64,000 bases of DNA from Balanoglossus misakiensis (taxonomy: Eukaryota; Animalia; Hemichordata): assembly GCA_040954595.2 (NCBI GenBank), contig CM082594.2, forward strand, positions 4,821,319 through 4,885,318, written 5' to 3'. Below are positions 38,554-50,455 of the stretch, in pieces. The translations under genes and the position numbers were made by a program. Position 1 is the stretch's first letter, and each line of letters opens with the position of its first letter. The notes beneath the pieces were generated by a model. The model was not told the DNA's origin. It saw nothing but the letters and a program-made list of their open reading frames with translations, and made no database searches.

Positions 38554-39748
38554 TCACACAATTGTTGAGGTGTGTTCGCCGCTCTTGTTCTTTTTCTTAG
38601 GCCGTCGTCGGCGCCGTTTTCGTCCTGTATCCAGCTTACTTTCGTTATGTGATCTGCTATACTTTTTGCATTTGCACGACATGACTGTTTTTATTCTGTA
38701 TGTCCGGGTTTCCCCATCTCCACAACGTAAATGCACTCGCTTTAGGCGTTCCACGTCGTTCACACATCTCCATTCTTGAGTCTTTTTCCTCGACCATGTT
38801 TTCACCACCTCGGCGTACCAGGGAAGTACCCGTATCGGCAAACATTCCCCCGTGCACACAACCTCGGTTATCGGCTTACTCGACGTGCAGAAACCGTCCG
38901 AAATGTAACGTTTCGATCTCAGCTCTGTACAGCCAATTTGCAAATCATCTGCAAAAGACAATAGACCAAGTTTCAGATGTTTTGTGTGACCGTATAATAC
39001 TGTACTCAGTGCTGAATGGCGAGCTTACCCAATACTAGCTTTGTTTGAGAGCTACAATCTGTATAGTTGTAGTGTGTTTGAAAAGACACCATGCAATGCT
39101 TCTGCGTTCATGAATAAATTTTTCATGTAACAGACTCAATCTAGGCAGGGTGAATTTTTATCCGCACTGTTATGACGTGGGCGTCTGTCGCTCCCATTGA
39201 CAAGTCCGGCGTACTACGATCATAACTCCACAATAACAGCCCGCTGTTCGGCACCGTGCTCGCTGAAATCAGGGCCGGTCATTTCGACGACTGACTGCTC
39301 CAAACTCAGCCGGTCTGAGAACGGGCATCGGTGTTGCATAGATTTCTAAAGAAAGGAAAGTCGTTGCATGCTTGCATGTTGAATTGCGTACCCTTTGTTT
39401 ACATACTGGTTATAGGGTGTGAACAGCTTCCCAGCTTTCTGATTAGCACTCGTAAATTACACTCTTCCTCTAGCCACTTCAGATATTCATCAAAACTAAA
39501 ACAATCAACACCAAATTAACAAGAAAACAATGATCAAATTTACCTGGGTTGTATCTCTGGAGTGACGATTGGTCGCTCTCACCGGAGGCCCTATCTGTCG
39601 AGTTGTGATGAGTGGACTGGTCTTGTTGTCTCGACTCCCACGGATTGTACGAGTTTCTTTCGTCGACTGTGTCTACGACCGCACAATTACAAAGGAATTC
39701 CGTACTTATGAACAGGGTAAGGATCAGCGTACCGACGGATGGAGGCAT
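38554..39748 (-). CDS. SOSTDC1: Sclerostin/SOSTDC1 (Wise)-family secreted cystine-knot Wnt/BMP modulator; join(39748..39544, 38948..38554), 199 aa
   Basis: Exon 1 starts ATG at 39748 (MPPSVGTLILTLFISTEFLCNCA, signal-peptide-like) and ends CCAG|GTAAAT. Exon 2 follows TTTTGCAG| and reads DDLQIGCTELRSKRYISDGFCTSSKPITEVVCTGECLP...WSRKKTQEWRCVND...CGDGETRTYRIKTVMSCKCKKYSRSHNES, matching vertebrate SOSTDC1 as I recall it (QVGCRELRSTKYISDGQCTS...CAGECLP...WSRRSSQEWRCVND...[29 protein letters not shown]). 8 domain cysteines; 205+395=600 nt in frame; TGA at 38554-38556. Probably co-orthologous to SOST and SOSTDC1. Confidence 0.96.
38949..39543 (-). other. 595-bp phase-1 GT-AG intron of the SOST/SOSTDC1-like gene
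   Basis: Donor CAG|GTAAAT at 39543, acceptor TTGTCTTTTGCAG ending at 38949. Splicing keeps the frame (G+AT=Asp). Phase and position just before the cystine knot agree with vertebrate SOST. Confidence 0.93.
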
Positions 39749-39859
39749 TGCTCCTGAAAAGCAACGAAAGACGGAATTATAACGGCGTGTTTTTGCTACT
39801 GTGCACGTAGAGCAACGTATCAGAAAGCGCGGGAAATAACTACCTCTGTGAGTGACAAT

Positions 39860-40050
39860 AAAAACACGGGTTGAATTCAAGTAGGCGGACACAGTGCCTG
39901 CCAATCATTCTATTTGGCTAGCGTTCACTATGACGTATTTACCTGTCCACTAGCAAACCAATCAGATGTAAGTAATCGCGTTATCGTATTGCTAAGTAAT
40001 AAACTTCGCTGATAGACAGTTCGCAAACAATGGCCCTATTGGTAGAGGAG
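39860..40050 (-). promoter_or_regulatory. Putative proximal promoter of the SOST/SOSTDC1-like gene
   Basis: Three CCAAT boxes (39901-39905, 39958-39962, 40038-40042), TGACGT at 39931 and GGCGG near 39884, all about 135-300 bp upstream of the ATG. No clear TATA box; TSS not determined. Confidence 0.5.
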
Positions 40051-43000
40051 GCTGGAAAACCACCCGTCACTCTTTCTGACAGTTGACACGATGGCATGAC
40101 CCGAAATACAACGAAATGGAAGCCGCTCTTCCTCTGATCAGATGCAAATATCAGTCAAACTTCTTTTTCGAAAGGTGGAAGGGGGAGGGCAAGTCGGGGC
40201 CTTGGCATGAGGTAAGCCGAATTCATACCAGTTGTGTCGTTTGATTCCCTTGTTTAGAAAGCACGCCCCAAAATAGTTGCGGTTAACCAACCTTTCATAA
40301 ACTGACGCTGCCAACATTTGGACAGTTGCCAACCGTTATCTAATTACGCTAATTACCTTCACGTGGAAAATCATAAAAGGTAATTTTTGATTTTTTTTTT
40401 TCATTTCTGCGCTCTAAATTTTAAATAGCGGCAGTAGGGTGGAACCGTAGTACTTGGCTGACTTCATACAGCGTAGCTTCTTCTCGGATAGTTTTCCATG
40501 TCCCATAAATTTCGCATTGGTCTGTTGCATCTTTAGAAACTTCATTTTACAGCGCAATGCGGAACAAAACAATAGGTTCCCAAAACACAAAAGCTAGTTT
40601 GTTTTTATTCACGTTAAGCCATACCCTTTATTATATGAGTGCCCGCCCATCAATAAGTTCAAACCATTACTTATTGTGCCGGGTCTTCGCGTAACCAACC
40701 CTCGCCAAAGCCGTTCTGGAAATTTAGTGGCTTTGACACTCGGTTCTCACACAGTGCACCAAGGCGTGCAACTGCTTGATTTTATTTACAAACACGGCCG
40801 TTCCCAACCGTGGCGATCGCACTCAGGAGGCTCCCTGCCTATGAAATTAATATACCATGCAAATGGGGGATCGCGCTGACGTAATCTGCTGAGATTTGTG
40901 CAATTTCGTGGGCGAAGAACCCCACATGCGTAGGTGCAGCGTAAACCATGGTGAAAATAGGAAGCTATTCAAAGTTACAATCAATGGAACTTTAGTTCTA
41001 AATATAGCTAGAGCTGTCAAAAAATGACACAACCAAAGCACGGTCATCTGCCGAAAGGCCACCTTTGGGCCCGTTTTTAAACTGTAACACTCACTAGCGA
41101 AGGGGGGAAATGAACTTGGTCCATCAACTTCGCAGCCAAGGTCATGGTCCATGTGAAGTTGACGGACGAACCGAGCCATCAAACTAGAAACATGAGGCGG
41201 GAGTGAAGACTCACCACCGCCACTCGCCGCCCAGCCAGCTACAATAATGTTACCAACCTGACGACACCAGTGCGGTCAGCCGAAGTAACTGGGGAACTTT
41301 TCATACGCAGTCGTTCGACAAGGCGCTACAATGTAACGGAGAGTAGTCCACACCCCGTCCGCACATCACAGCACGCGTACGTGCCAGTCACATGCACACG
41401 GACACGGTCGGCACTTGACCATCACGAAAAAATCGACACCGTACGATCTCAGAGACGGGGGGAGTTCGTGGCGCAGAAAACGTGAAGGCAGGGTTTCCGT
41501 CGACGCTACGTGTGGTAAAAGGGCCCTAGAAACTATGGGAGGGACATGTTCGAACATGAACGAACCTGAACGGATTGGAAGGCTGACTATTAAAGGGTGA
41601 CATGAACACACTGCACGGCTTTCACAAAACCACCACCCCACTGGACTGTACTCACTCAAACGCACAGCGGGCCCTTGGGGTCGATCTCGTAAACATTACC
41701 GTTGAATAATTCACCGGATACGATAAACGACCGCGATGGTTGTCGTCTAAATCGAGAGCTTTTGGACGAAAACACCGAATGTTTCCGCCAGTGAACATTC
41801 AAATGTAGCACGTAACAACATTTTATAGTCACAAATGAAAACGGCGAGTTTACCTGGTCGAGTAGGTCGCGTCCCACGAACAGATAATCTATTAATGTTT
41901 CATCAGGTAAGCGGCGCCGTGAATGTCGGCGTATCGGGTCTTCCAAGGCTCTCACGTCAAGAGCAAAACTTGCAACAAACACTGATTATGGTCGCCTTTG
42001 TTGTTTTGCCAGGCAGTGACCTAGAGAAGGCTCGGTGGTGTTCAAGCGGCCCGTATACAGATGTGTTTTGCATACAGATAGAGGGGCATATACTGTATGT
42101 TAAAGACGAAGAAGAAAGGGGGTCACATGCTACCACTTGCCCCACTTGAAAACAGCAACATCGCGAACCTGAACTGCAGAGTCGGTTTTCGGACGGACGG
42201 ACGGACTGACGTCACAGCCATGCAGATACCCTATAGGTGTAGCGGGGGTTAATTTGTACAGTTGCGATTTTAATGAGGCGTGGAAATTCTATCCATCAGA
42301 GAGCACCAAAAAATCGCACAGGGTTACCACAAAACGGTCGTTTCTAATCTCCCAAGGTCACCCGGAGTTAAAACTATACCCAAGTCCGGTACACGATACA
42401 CTTTTCAATACCAAATACACCTCTTGACCAAAAAAGTCCCAGTGCTGAGATCCCTGATGTGTTGGGAATCGTTTTTATAGAACAAAGCTTGCTATTTAGA
42501 CTCCACATCACACTTGTACAAAGGTAAACAAAGGCACCCTCGTGTGCACTGCCGCACACGTACATGCGACCCTCCGGATGACTACTTCATTTGGGCAACC
42601 TTTGACCTGCCCGCCAGGGACATTTATGGGTCATCACTCATTCATAACTTAGGAACGAAGCCCCTGGTCAAAGTGTCATGTCAGGTACAATTTCAAATAA
42701 ATGAGCCACAGGGTAAATGAGAGACAGGGGGGGGGGGGACCGGGACACACTACAACGTCATGCCATCGATGCCTTGAAAACCTCATTTTCTCGAGATCGT
42801 CGAGCTTGACATATGATTCTGTCGTCAATTCTCCCGCCAAAACACCATTCGATCCCAAAACGCAAGCGTGTTTTTTTGGTCGGAATCGTATTGAAATCGT
42901 ATTTTACATTCTGTAGTACTGAAATGGCCAACGACCACAGTATGTACTTTTTGATGTGTCAGTGCCACGTATAAAAGACGACGGGTCTTCTCAGAAAAGA

Positions 43001-46000
43001 ACACAACGACCGAGAAGCCGACGTTGATAGAAAGCAGACATCGTCGAATATTTGAACGTCACGACGTAAACTGGGTCAGAGGTTCAACATGACTACAAAG
43101 TTTCGCAACAACGCAATGATCAGCATCATCTCTTTAACAGCGTCGCCTCCGAGTCTCGGCAAAAACCTGTTGAGAATATATAGTCGTTTTTAAGTAGATC
43201 ATAAAATACGCAAAAACCCTAACCGAATTAACTACTACACTCTTAATCTAATAATCGATTAGTCACGTGTCGTGGCCGGTAAAGACTCAAGTGGCTCACA
43301 CTCGACTTATTTTTTTTTCAGAAACAAAAGCTTTTTCTTGACATTTGTGATTGGGTCGCCTTGGATGTCAGCCAATTCGGGATAAGTTTGATTTGGAACA
43401 GAAGAGGACCCCAGGAGCGAGCCCGTTGGCCAGGGATCAGAGAGACCCCGGATGGCCAGAACCACCTGTTGGATGAATGAACCCAGTGTCTTATCATTGG
43501 CTATGCTGAAGATCAGGACGCATGCGCGCGGTGGCCCATCGAACCAATCTGACACTGAGGCGCGAGAAGATGACATGTAAATAGATTGGAAGATGAAAAC
43601 TCGATTTTAGTGGTTGAGCATTACAAACCGCGGGAAAGATAAAGCAGATAGTAATGGCAAGTTGCGCCTTTCAAACAGAAATGTCACTGTCACTTTCAAC
43701 GGGTCGGCGATCGTAGCTCTAACTAGGGACCGTGCTTGGAGTGGAAAAGCTCAGAGTCAGTACGGTTTACTGTGCATACGCTACACCAGTCGCCGTTTAG
43801 TCATATCGTATTGGAACGGATCACCAGATACTGGAACCGAATTACAGGTAAAAGTAGTCGACCACTCGTGGTTATAAGAATTTTAGAACGGCGAGCGTTT
43901 TCACTCCCTTCCTCGTATACAATTTCGTGTCATCAAAATAAAATTTCCCTGCATCAATATTTTCATTAGCGGAAATCGATCACACAGAAATCCCTGGCCC
44001 ACACAACATTGGATTTTTACCACACGCCTAGGTAGCAAAAACCGATTTTAAGGTCGTGAGGATTAATGTGAAATTCCGATACGTTTCCAAAAGAATGCAA
44101 CTCGCGGGCAGATTTTCAGGAGAGAGAAAAAAAATGAAAGTCTTTCAAATGTTTCCATTTTACACTTTAAGGCTTTTGTGCCTGGGATTCTGAAAACCAA
44201 ACGGAAATTAGGGTGTGTTCGGAATCTCGTTTTAAAGTAGTCAACTATTTATTTCCCCGAAATAGTTCAACGACTGGCGACCATTTTGGAACGAGTAAAT
44301 AAGGTTTCTGGTGAGTATTTGGCTCAACAAATCAATAGTAAGGGTGACGAGTCGTGTTCTTTTTTAAGGAGTCAGTGCCTGTAATCGTTGACATCTTTTC
44401 AATATTTTTGTGCCAGTTACACTTTCTTGTCTAAATTCCATCATGCTTGCTGAAAATTCCCAGTTTTGTGCTTGTCAGCATTTTAACTTGTATGCATGCC
44501 GCGACCATTATTAGGCCTATAGCTGGCAAATGCGTGCAAGTCCGGACCTAATTTCACATTTCAACTTACAGTTCTCGCAGTTCTTGGACCCGTGACTCTT
44601 CCAAAGTGCACAATTCGTAGTATCATTGCGCGATGTATGAACAACGAGATCAATTTTAAACTGTCACTTCGAGATGTGCATGCACGTACGACAGGTGAAC
44701 TTGCGGGACCAGCATTAGCGTACACGTGACAGTGGACTCGACCAATCAGTAACAGCTACATGAGGTAGCAGCAGAACTGGGGGTAACACATGTGATTATG
44801 CATGGTCCCGTTATTAAAGTTGCGCCTAAATGAGTAAAAATTATTCGGAGAAACCTATCTGCAAACAGGTGGACAACAGCACAAGCCCTGCATGCAGTCT
44901 TATAAACTCCGGAGCACCAAACCTGTCAGTTATGTGGTGTAATCCCCCAGACCGAACTTTGGCCAACCTCTCCAAACGCCAGCATCAGTCACGCACTTCC
45001 GGACGGAGATGCAAAACGTTTCACACGACGGTCGCTTTGAAAGGTGGCATCCTATTGGCCGTTGACAACAAGGGGCTCAATCACCCCATTACATCTGTCA
45101 TCTATAGATTCACTGTATGATTTACTTAAGTGACACCATTCACAATTAGAACACTCTCACTAACAATGACTAACTGATGAACCCTTAAATAAACAGTCAT
45201 ATATAACCTAACATTGTGTATATATAATTTATGTATAAAAGAATTAATTTCAATAGGTTAATTGAATTACTATTAAGCATGAATACATACAACGTTTGCA
45301 ATCATTCCCCGTGCAGATTTCAGTTATTACAGTGTCTGCCAATTTGGACTACTATTGCCATGGTTACTAACTACTGTACCTGACTACATATACCACCTGC
45401 GCGACCGACTGATTTTTTGGTTTCATATACTGAAATTTATTTATAAACTTGCTATTGTTCAGGAAGACGATTTTCTATAGTGTTATGAATGTGGTATTCT
45501 AAACAATGCATACCTCTGAACATCCGCACAGAATCCAGATACAAAACAAAACAATGGCTGGGACAACATTAACTCGCCACTAAAACATGTACTGCGAAAT
45601 ATGCATGTTTAAATAGTATTTACATTGCTAGCAAGTTTAGTCGGCGAGGGCAGTGACCTGTTAAGTTGTTAAATAAAGCGACGGTTTGTTGGTAATGGAG
45701 CTGACAGTAGCCAGGGCATCTTTCAGTGAACAAGCAACGGTCATGCGTGGGACACTTTGACGGAGTTATGAATTTACAACCGGACGAATTATAGAAGTGC
45801 GGCTCGACTTGGAACCAACGCCAAGGAGTCGATTTTTATCAGTGTTTAAGATCAGCCAACTGCGCTCCAAGGTGACCAGACAAGCCTAACAAAGCCTTGT
45901 TGTTAATTCCCACTGAAGTAGGCTTGAGAGAAGTGTCGCTTTCTTTGCACTGATATATTTATGCAGGGGACGAGCCTGTCAGCCGAGGGGGTGACTGTAA

Positions 46001-49000
46001 CGCAACCAGTGCACACTGTGGGTATTAGTTAAATTAAACTGGTCCGCCTTGTCACCCCGGTCACCAAATCCAGGTGACGCGGTCCCTATTTTTTTTTTAA
46101 AAAACGTCATTCTGATTGGTGGGTTCAAATGAGCGAAAAAAAAGATAGCTGTCTGTTACTAAGGGACCATAATTCTATTGGTGTCATTGACGAGCCCTCG
46201 GCCACCCTCACATTCAACAGTAAATTTACGACCTAAGGGGGATTACTGTGTGTCAGCTAATGGGTGACATGCACTGTTATCGTTAAATAGAGGCCTATTG
46301 AATTCTAACAGTTTGCCATCGACCCAATTGACAACTGATTAATCGACACATTTGATATGTAACTCATACTGATTCAATTTATTAAACGCTCAAGTGTCGT
46401 CTGACATTTCGCGCGAGCGGGAAAACGGTTTTTTAGGAGGTTTCTTCTTCCCCCACGGTGACAACGGCATCGACCTTGTGTGAAATGTTGCCATTTATGG
46501 CACGTTTACTTCTTGGGAATGTTGGCTATGGAAGGGTTCCATCGACCGACCGTCCTCACTGCGCGTCATAGGTAAACTACCATTTCAAGATGGCGTCGTG
46601 AGCCATAGTGCATGATTTGTTCATGTGTCTCTCTGTCAGCGCGCTGTTGACCAGGTGCACGCGTCCCGTCAGGGCGGTAACATGGCCCATCAAACAAGAC
46701 CAGTACCAACATTTATATCACCGGCGCTCTCTTTTGTCAACTTTATAAAAATGCAGGTGACAATGGTGAGTCAGAACAACGGTCTTGTCGTCCGCTGCAG
46801 TTCAGTTCAGGTCACTCGAGTAATTGGAGCAATAACCAGTTACGGTCAGCCAATGAGCAGCGAGCTAAAGAGATGGTTTCGCGTTGCCCTGAAGTACGGC
46901 GTCTTCGATTGGCTTCTTCATAACTCAGATAGCTCAGTCATTGATCAATTTGCATTCTAGCTGTTGAGTGGCTGGTTATACATTCAATTCATAAATTTAT
47001 GAAGACACATTAGCCAATAGATTGAAAGATCGGGTGTCTACAACGTAACGGAATATAGAAAAGCATGCACTTGATAAAAAAATGATCACCAGGAGAATCA
47101 AACGGCAGTGGACGACAAAACGACCAGGGGAGACAACGAGGACTACACAACTTTCGCTAAACGGACATCTTGGTTCTATACAGAGACTGCATGTACAGTC
47201 AGTAAAATGCGGTTGAACTGAATACGTGGAATTTTGTGAAAGCTTTTTCCTTTGGGCAGTCGAGCAAGTGGGACCCTCATGACATGACGTAATCTCATTT
47301 GCATACATGGACATCAACATCGACGGCAACACGATAGACTTTCCCTGTTTGTACCATATCCCAGGAATTTCGAAGACTATATTATAAACAATATATTTTA
47401 AGTATATCACATCTATGACTGTTGACAACTGAACTGTGGTACTTTACGTTATGAATAATAAACAAGAATTCCATAATTTGAAAAAGAAAAAAATAACCAA
47501 CTGCGAAATCAAATCAATCCCGTGAACACTTGTCCCACAGAAGGTAGTCTTGAAGGTGCTAAAAGACTTGGCAACTACACCCTTTCCTTGTACGTTTTGT
47601 CTAGTAAGTGCTATAAACGTAAAGCTTGTATAACCACATTGGATTCAGCTTATTATCCAATAAATTGTCGCGTTGACCTACATTGAATGAACCCAAATCT
47701 CTCCCCTTCGTTTTCGACGTGGTACGTATAACCGAATATACATATGTATAAACATGTATACTGTCCATCCCCAACCAACATTCAACCACCTGTACATGTA
47801 TATAACCATGCGTTTCCCCTGTGTTCACACCAGTCTAATCTCCTGATAAGTGGGCACAGTGACTCATAGAGAGAGAGATACTGCCGTCAAGAAGTGATGA
47901 CTGAAATGAATTTACTACAATGTGTAGTATGTGAAAAAAATACATAAATTGGGATATACAACAGCCCTCTTTTGTATAGAATTTTATGTATTCAGGGAGG
48001 GTAGGAGGGGTAAACTGGTGTCACACAACCTGATTGGCCAATGGACCTCACACGAAGAGCACTCGCGTGTCTTGTAAATGACACTCTCCTGTCTGCGTGA
48101 CTGAACCATCCCTGAACTCTTTTTTTCCTCGGCGCATGTTGATGTGGATACTCTTTGCAAGCGGCGGCGTGATTGGAAAATTAAACAATAACGTTGAATC
48201 GGAAATGACCGACCGACCCGACCCGACCCGCCCAAGGCCTAAAGTGGGAAACGCCGCACTGAAACCCGATATCGCCCGCCCGAGAGTCGCGAGGTGTGGC
48301 GGAGATAACCTTGGTCGAGGTCGGGGAAATAATATTTTGGATAAATGCAATGAGAATGCCTGTCCGATAACGTTCACACTGCTTAGCGAAGTTTGTATAT
48401 ACACGTGTAGGCCTATGTGTACTTGCGAACATCCACGTCGCGTCATCGTTGTATGAAACTCCCAGGACATTCTCCAAAACACGAACATCATCACAAACAT
48501 GAAAGAAGAGAACAAATTTGAAGGACAGTTTGTAATAGGCGCAATATTTCCCCTTTTACCGTGAAACGCATAGGAGATGGCCAACACTTCACCATTGGCA
48601 GACGCATTCCAACACAGACGTAAATGACGTCACAGCCTCAGATTTCGCAAATGCGTTTGCACTCAAACCAATACACGAACTAGTATTTCCAGCCATGGTT
48701 TATAATACGGGTTAAAAAACGGGAGATGAGCAAACATTTGAGGTAATCTACCGAATTCCCCTATTTAAGATTCCAGATCCCCGACTAATGAAGACGACAT
48801 TACACAACGTTGAGAATAAGGCGAAACCTTTTGTCAAGAGGGAAAGCAATTAAAAAAGCACGTGGTTCTCAAAGCGACACACACGAAACGCCCTGTGGCG
48901 CACGTGCACGGCCTTGAGAGAAAGTGTTAGTATTACCCGCTGCGGCCGGCTACCTGGACAATCCTAGCTCCTTCCGTCCATCCGCCCCTAAACGCCTAAT

Positions 49001-49827
49001 TCCCACGTTAAACTATCACAACTAAAACCACTTTCAATGTCCCTATTTTGCCACTGTCCGCGGTACGTGAACACATCCGCCAAGCACAGAACAAAAATAG
49101 CACAATGTCGATTCGGCGGGGGGGGGGGAGGGGGGGGTCCGTGATTGCCGGCTACTATAGTATCTCGCTGCTATTTGGGGAACTGACTTGGGGACCGACG
49201 GGCCTTCAAAGAGGCTATCTATCACGCGATGCCCAATGCACCGTTGATCCCCGCGTACATAAAACACCACAATAGTGCGAATATTTCTGTATCGTTTTCT
49301 CAACGGCTCAGTAGTTTCCCTGCCCACCGTTACCGGGCATGCGGGGTTAGAATGACTACCGTCGAGCTAGTCGCCATGGTAACAATGGTCTGAAAAGGAA
49401 AATATATGACGACCAGTAGACTCCCATTTTCTTTCGAAATGACAAGAAAAGGAAACCCGATAAAGACAACTTGAACTATGTGAACCGGTCCGTGATGAGA
49501 AACGGATTTTTTTTTCTCGTTTCAAGGCAGACAGGCATGTGGGTGAATCCGCGTTCCCAAGAGATATACAGCAGAGATGCAGGGTTTTAGAAAAAAAAAT
49601 AACCCCCACGATTTCGCAAGAAGACATACCTGAGAACAGGCCGCTTTGGCACGCACCTAGTTATCTAATTCGCCCTCAGTCGGAATACTCTTTCGTCGTA
49701 CGGTGAACGGGCGAGCGTTCCACGTTTGCGTATTACCGCCGCCAACACCTGGTTCGAACTTATAGTTGAGATCCCCAGGGGGAGAAAAGTTACGAAGGTG
49801 ATATCAGTGCCGATACCAGCTACGGAA

Positions 49828-50455
49828 TGACTCAGGCAACACGCGAGATCGGCGATGCATCGACAGCCCCACTCGTCGACAACAACATTTAGTCGCTTTT
49901 CCACTCTATATGATGAGCTTGATTAAAGATTGACACGCAATATTGTTGCTGGCATTAACCGACATGACTCAGTCACATTCAGCCATAATACCCCAATTTT
50001 TGATGTGCGTTGGCTGCCTGGCTGTCGAATCTAAAAATGCCAATTTCCTCAATATCGCGCGACGACGCAGATACAAGTGACTCACCGGAGCCCAATCCTA
50101 ATCCCGTGTACAATTATCCCCCGAACGTCAATCAAACGTCTCCATTTCTCAGTCAGCGCTGGCGCTGTTTCTAAACCGCTTCGTTGGAAAAACACTCCAA
50201 CCACTACAAATAGACCCCGCTTAGAAAGAATTGGATTGTAATTCACATCACCATGTAATTCAATTTCTCCCCGATGTAAACTTTGAAACCGCATCCGAGG
50301 AAAGCGCCCTCACTGAAAATCGGACGCTGGTGTTATTTAAACGTCCATCAGTGTCCGACAATCCCGCATTTATTTTTAATTTTTAGTGAAAGCATGTTTA
50401 CGAGTGTGAGTCATGCCGCGATATTTCAAATACCTCGCAGCGGAAGTGACGTCAC
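49828..50455. promoter_or_regulatory. Candidate enhancer or promoter: four AP-1 sites and an overlapping ETS-CRE composite
   Basis: TGA(C/G)TCA at 49828, 49965, 50078 and 50407; GCGGAAGTGACGTCA at 50440-50454. Confidence 0.45.

Noticed and set aside
39749-39904. N-terminal extension of exon 1 suggested by ORF 39479..39904
   Set aside because: It starts at a non-ATG codon in the promoter region. The first ATG (39748) directly precedes the signal-peptide-like stretch, and the ORF's tail runs past the splice donor.
48048-48587. 179-aa ORF and other ORFs over 100 aa in 16-64 kb
   Set aside because: Mostly non-ATG starts, overlapping in several frames, no recognisable domain or consistent splice pattern; expected by chance at this base composition.
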